Below, piece after piece: positions 60,040 through 64,000 of a stretch of DNA of 64,000 nucleotides (position 1 is the first letter of the stretch; the number at the start of each line of letters is the position of its first letter). The notes beneath the pieces were generated by a model, which worked only from the letters and a program-made list of their open reading frames with translations, was not told the DNA's origin and ran no database searches. A program made the translations under genes and the position numbers. Source of the stretch: Setoptus koraiensis (lineage: Eukaryota; Animalia; Arthropoda); the NCBI GenBank assembly GCA_048013815.1, contig CM106586.1, forward strand, positions 17,174,001-17,238,000, given 5' to 3'.

Positions 60040-62589
60040 TTCAATATTGTCACCACAACACGCCAATCAAGAATAAATCAAAATTTTCCAATTTCAAGTC
60101 TATGAATCCGGCTCCGAAATGTCAATTGTGTGCTGAAATATGTTGAAAAGCATTTGTGGCTGCTCTGTCGGACGGATTCTGTGTGCGAAGAGCCTGATAA
60201 TATTTTTTTTTTTGAATTCTTTTTCTTCCAGAACGATCTTTGAGCGACTGTGTCGCTGCGAATCGGTTTATTTTTGGCACAGCGTTTCGTCGGTGTCAGC
60301 TTACCGTGCTGCCCGATTCGCCCAATGAAAATTGGCGTGCCGCACAGCCAGAGTTATGAATGTCGTGAAACGGGCAAAAAAGAACGTTTGCAAGCAAAAT
60401 TTAAAAAGTAGCGCCCACCGTGACAGCTCAACAAACTGTGGCGCTTCGTCATGCCACCGGGCGGGCACTATAAAACGAGTTAGTCGAAATGTGTCGCCCC
60501 ATTTTCAGTGTTTGTGCGCCCTTTTAATGAGGGCCCAATGCACAGATTTAACCCCATGAGTCATGAGCTTTTCATCTCATTTCTGGTGTGCCGAGGCGAA
60601 ACTTTCCACACAAAATTGCCCGTACCTTGCCACACCCGGTCACCGGCTCATGACGGGTCGGCTGGTCATCTGACGGGTCGGCCGGTTGTCTGGCGGGCCG
60701 GTCGGATGCTGGCCGGCCGATGGCACGGCCGACCGGATGCCGCCAGGTGGGCTGGCCAGCGAAGAGCGGACAGCGACGATCAAGTCGCATCCCGCAAACA
60801 CTCGTTGGACGTGTCATTGTACACGTGTTATTATGTACGTGTCAGTGTGTACGTGTCATTATGCGCGTGCAGTGCATGTAGAGGCCCGGTGTTGAAGTAT
60901 ATGGTCTCACCGTTGGGCTCGCAGTTGTCTAGACGAGCCTGTCAGTGGCCCGTGCGACCATTGCCGACCGGCGACCAGTGGCCCGGCTGACCGGCCACCA
61001 GTGGCCATACATTACGCAATTTACTTTTATTATCCAATAATCATTTTCATTACGCTCATTATGGCAGTAGCGAGCGGGCGGTCATTAGTTTGCATCGCGT
61101 GCCCGCTCACTTGGTCTCGATGATTGGTGCGTGCCACTCGTTACTGTGCCCGCACCGCCGACTGCACCCGAGCCGCGCATACCCGCTTATATCCGCTTAC
61201 AACCGCGTACAACCGCGTATACCCGCGTATACCCGTGTATACCCGCGCATACCCGCACATACCCGCGCGCCAGCGCGTACAAGTGCGCTATGTGGCGCAT
61301 AAATGCCAGACAGATGAGCATTTGCATGAGCGTGACGCAGATAGATTGCACGATTGAGCGCGTGCCACTTGATGCAGTGGGGCGCCGCGGCAGCAGAAGC
61401 AGTGAAAAAATGGCGCCCACTAAGACATGCCCGCCACTAATATACAATGGCCAGTAATTGGCGCGACAAATTGCATTGCGCAGCAAGCGACACTGTGTTA
61501 CGTAACTAGTGTGTGTGTTTGTGTCGCAACACGAACGCAGTTGTTACGTAACGCGTTAGCCGGTGCGCCGCAGTGCCAGCGTCGCCGTGAGGGCCAGCTA
61601 AATGAATTAATTGAGTGGTGCGACGCAAACAAGCGCCAGAGTTGATCATCTTTTCTAATTAAGCGGCACATCGATTTGTGCGCGCCGCTCGCTACATTCA
61701 ATCAATGTATAAATATTGATATAGCGCAACTGTTGGCCCCTCGCTCGCCCGCTGGCCTGTCGGGCCCGGCGAGCATCGCAAAGCTCGCGGGCGTTGCGGG
61801 CGCCGGCCCCGGACAGGCGCAGCCGGTGGCCGCACTCGCCCAGGGCGCGTCCGCTCTAATCGTGCTCGCAGGCCAAATATATTCAATGGCGGTCGGTACG
61901 CCGATATCCCGATATCGGCGCGCTGTATTTGTCCGTCGAAATATAACGCGTCGCCGATTGGCGGATATACCGACGGACAAAAGCGTAGCCGATGGCTACT
62001 TGGCGGCCGCCGCCAATGCCAGCCCGAATACATTAATTCATAATGCGGCCGCCAGGAAGACAGAGGCCAGAAATTAAATGGGCCGCCAGGCAGCCAGTTA
62101 CGTGGCCCGATCGTGGCCAACTGAGCGCCGGCCAACAGACGAATCGGGCAGCCGCGCCAACGAGCACAAGCGGCCACGGGCGACCAGAGAGCGGGCCGCT
62201 GTGCCGAACTGGGGCCCGTCATTAATAAAAAAACAAGCCCTCTTATTGCGCGTGTCGTATTTGCTCGGCCACATTGGCGCGTGCTGGCGCCTCGGTGCCG
62301 ATCGCTGTGCGCCCTGTTGTGCTCAAGTTTTGTTGCGTCGGCGGCCCGTGCGCCGTCATGCCGGTCGCTGGGCCGGCCAGCAGATCGCAGTGGCGGGCCG
62401 ACGCGGACCAGCGGGCGGCCGAGATGCCGGCACCGATGCGGGCAGCACGGCGAACGTGTTGTGTGCTTTCGGACCTGGGCCGACGGGGCCACGGCGCACC
62501 CAGCGCCCACCGAGCCCACGGAGCCCGCAAAGCCCGCAGAGGCAATCACGGCGGCCGGAGAAGTGTCGGGCGCAAAAATGAATTTCGTC

Positions 62590-62665
62590 TGGCCGAACGC
62601 GGCCGAATGCGCCGAACGCGGCCGAATGCGCCGAACGCGGCCAAATGCGGACGAATGCGGCCAAA
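62590..62665. repeat. 19-bp tandem repeat x~3-4
   Basis: GCCGAACGCGGCCGAATGC units. Confidence 0.8.
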
Positions 62666-64000
62666 TTAAAGCCGCTCGGCTCAGCGAGCGGCCCGCTCGC
62701 CGGCGGTCGTTTTGTTTTTTCATCAGCGGCCGCCTTCGAAACAACAATGGCGTGCAATATGGCCGGCAATATCGGTGAGGCTTGCGGCAACCGGCCAACC
62801 GGCAACTAATAAACAGCGCCCGGCAGCACGTAGCACGTACACAATTGCATAGCTCTCCATCTTGGCTGCATGAGCCCGTGGCATCATTAGGATGACACCG
62901 GCCGCTTCTCGGCGCTCGTGGCGAGACCATTCTGGTTAGCCAGTTGGCGGACAGCGATTGCCGGCGAGCAGCCGCTGGCGTGCTCGTTGGGCGCCGGCCC
63001 GACAGCGCGTTATTGGCGCTCTCGGTGGTGGCTAGTCTAGCCACCGCAATGAGCAGTTTGGGCCCAAGTGAGATTTGGATAATTCATCATCGCCACTGGC
63101 CGGCCAGAGCGGGGGCCAGCGAGCGCCAGAGCGGGCGCCAGCAAGCGCCAGAACGGGGCCAGATGGGGCCCCACCGGCCGGTGTGTGCCGTGCGCCCGTG
63201 ATTGTGTCAATTGATTATGATTTATTTTACACTGTTCGCGCTCAATATAAATCAATATGCTCAAATGGCCTGTCGCTCGCACATTCGAACCAGCGGGCAC
63301 CTTGGGGCCGGCGCCGCTGCCAGCCAACGGCCAGCATCGTCAGTTCCAAGTCGGATTTCGGCAGTGCATTGGGCCAAATGAACTGCCCAAATCCGACGAT
63401 TGTCTCGCAAATGCACCGCCGAGACGTTTCGCGGGGCGCCAACGTTGGCGGGCTGCAGCGAGCGAGCGCCCCAGTTGCCGAGCAACCATCACGGTGGCGC
63501 CTCGAGCGAGCGCCTTCATGAACTGGCGGCCATAATTATGGCCGCATAGTTAACAAGATAAACAGTGTCTGCCGGCCAGTTAATGTTGTCCGCTCGCTAT
63601 TCGCGGCCCGTTGACCAGCGCTATCCGCCCTTTCGCTATTCAATGAATTCGTTGGATTCGTCGGGCACACTGATAGCCATCGGTGTGCTCGTTGACCGTT
63701 ATTCGTCCGAAGCGAAACGTTGAATGCAGCGCATTTCGGATTGCGATTTTGGAATTTCGAATTGCCAAATGCGAAATGCCAAATACGAGCCCCAATTTGC
63801 AACGCGCGATCCGAAAATCGCAATCAGGGCGGCTCATTTGGGTTTTCGGTCCGTTGCGGAACCGGCCCGGCGCCGGCCGCAACAATGGACGCATTCGTTG
63901 GCCTGTCGAGGCCCGTCGCGGCGGCCGGCGTGACCATTTGATCTATTTGTCCTCGGTTTGTCGGTCTGTCGGTCTGTCGGTTCGTCGGTTCGTCGGTCTG

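Noticed and set aside
54300-64000. ORFs such as 61698-63044 (448 aa) and 57849-58490
   Set aside because: Same reason: repeat-derived, R/A-rich and overlapping in several frames. Only 59305-60039 looks protein-like.

Overview
Eukaryotic arthropod DNA: GT-AG introns, an ETH receptor, and compact intron-poor genes. It is probably a mite, but that is inference. Two AT-richer gene-dense blocks (~3.4-22.7 kb and ~45.8-53 kb) alternate with GC-rich, repeat-rich, mostly non-coding blocks (1-2.4 kb, ~22.8-45 kb, ~54.2-64 kb). Genes: an ELOVL elongase, an ABCG half-transporter, an SDR, LLPH, a ~1,900-aa secreted fibre/EAR-like protein, two copies of a coiled-coil gene, an ecdysis-triggering hormone receptor with a ~640-aa third intracellular loop, PABPC1, and an orphan secreted protein. 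Main discovery: a 2,045-bp inverted copy (20715-22759) of the segment 48556-50893 has landed inside the signal-peptide coding sequence of the big secreted-protein gene. That segment holds the whole coiled-coil gene, the divergent promoter, and PABP exon 1 plus 16 nt of intron. The insert is flanked by TAAC direct repeats. Removing it in silico restores an in-frame ancestral signal peptide, [34 protein letters not shown]. With it, the gene is an in-frame PABP-exon-1 fusion under the copied PABP promoter. In the copy, all amino-acid changes hit the RNP1 RNA-binding motif and the A-rich PABP 5'UTR tract is gone. All alignments and counts were done by eye; no database searches were run.
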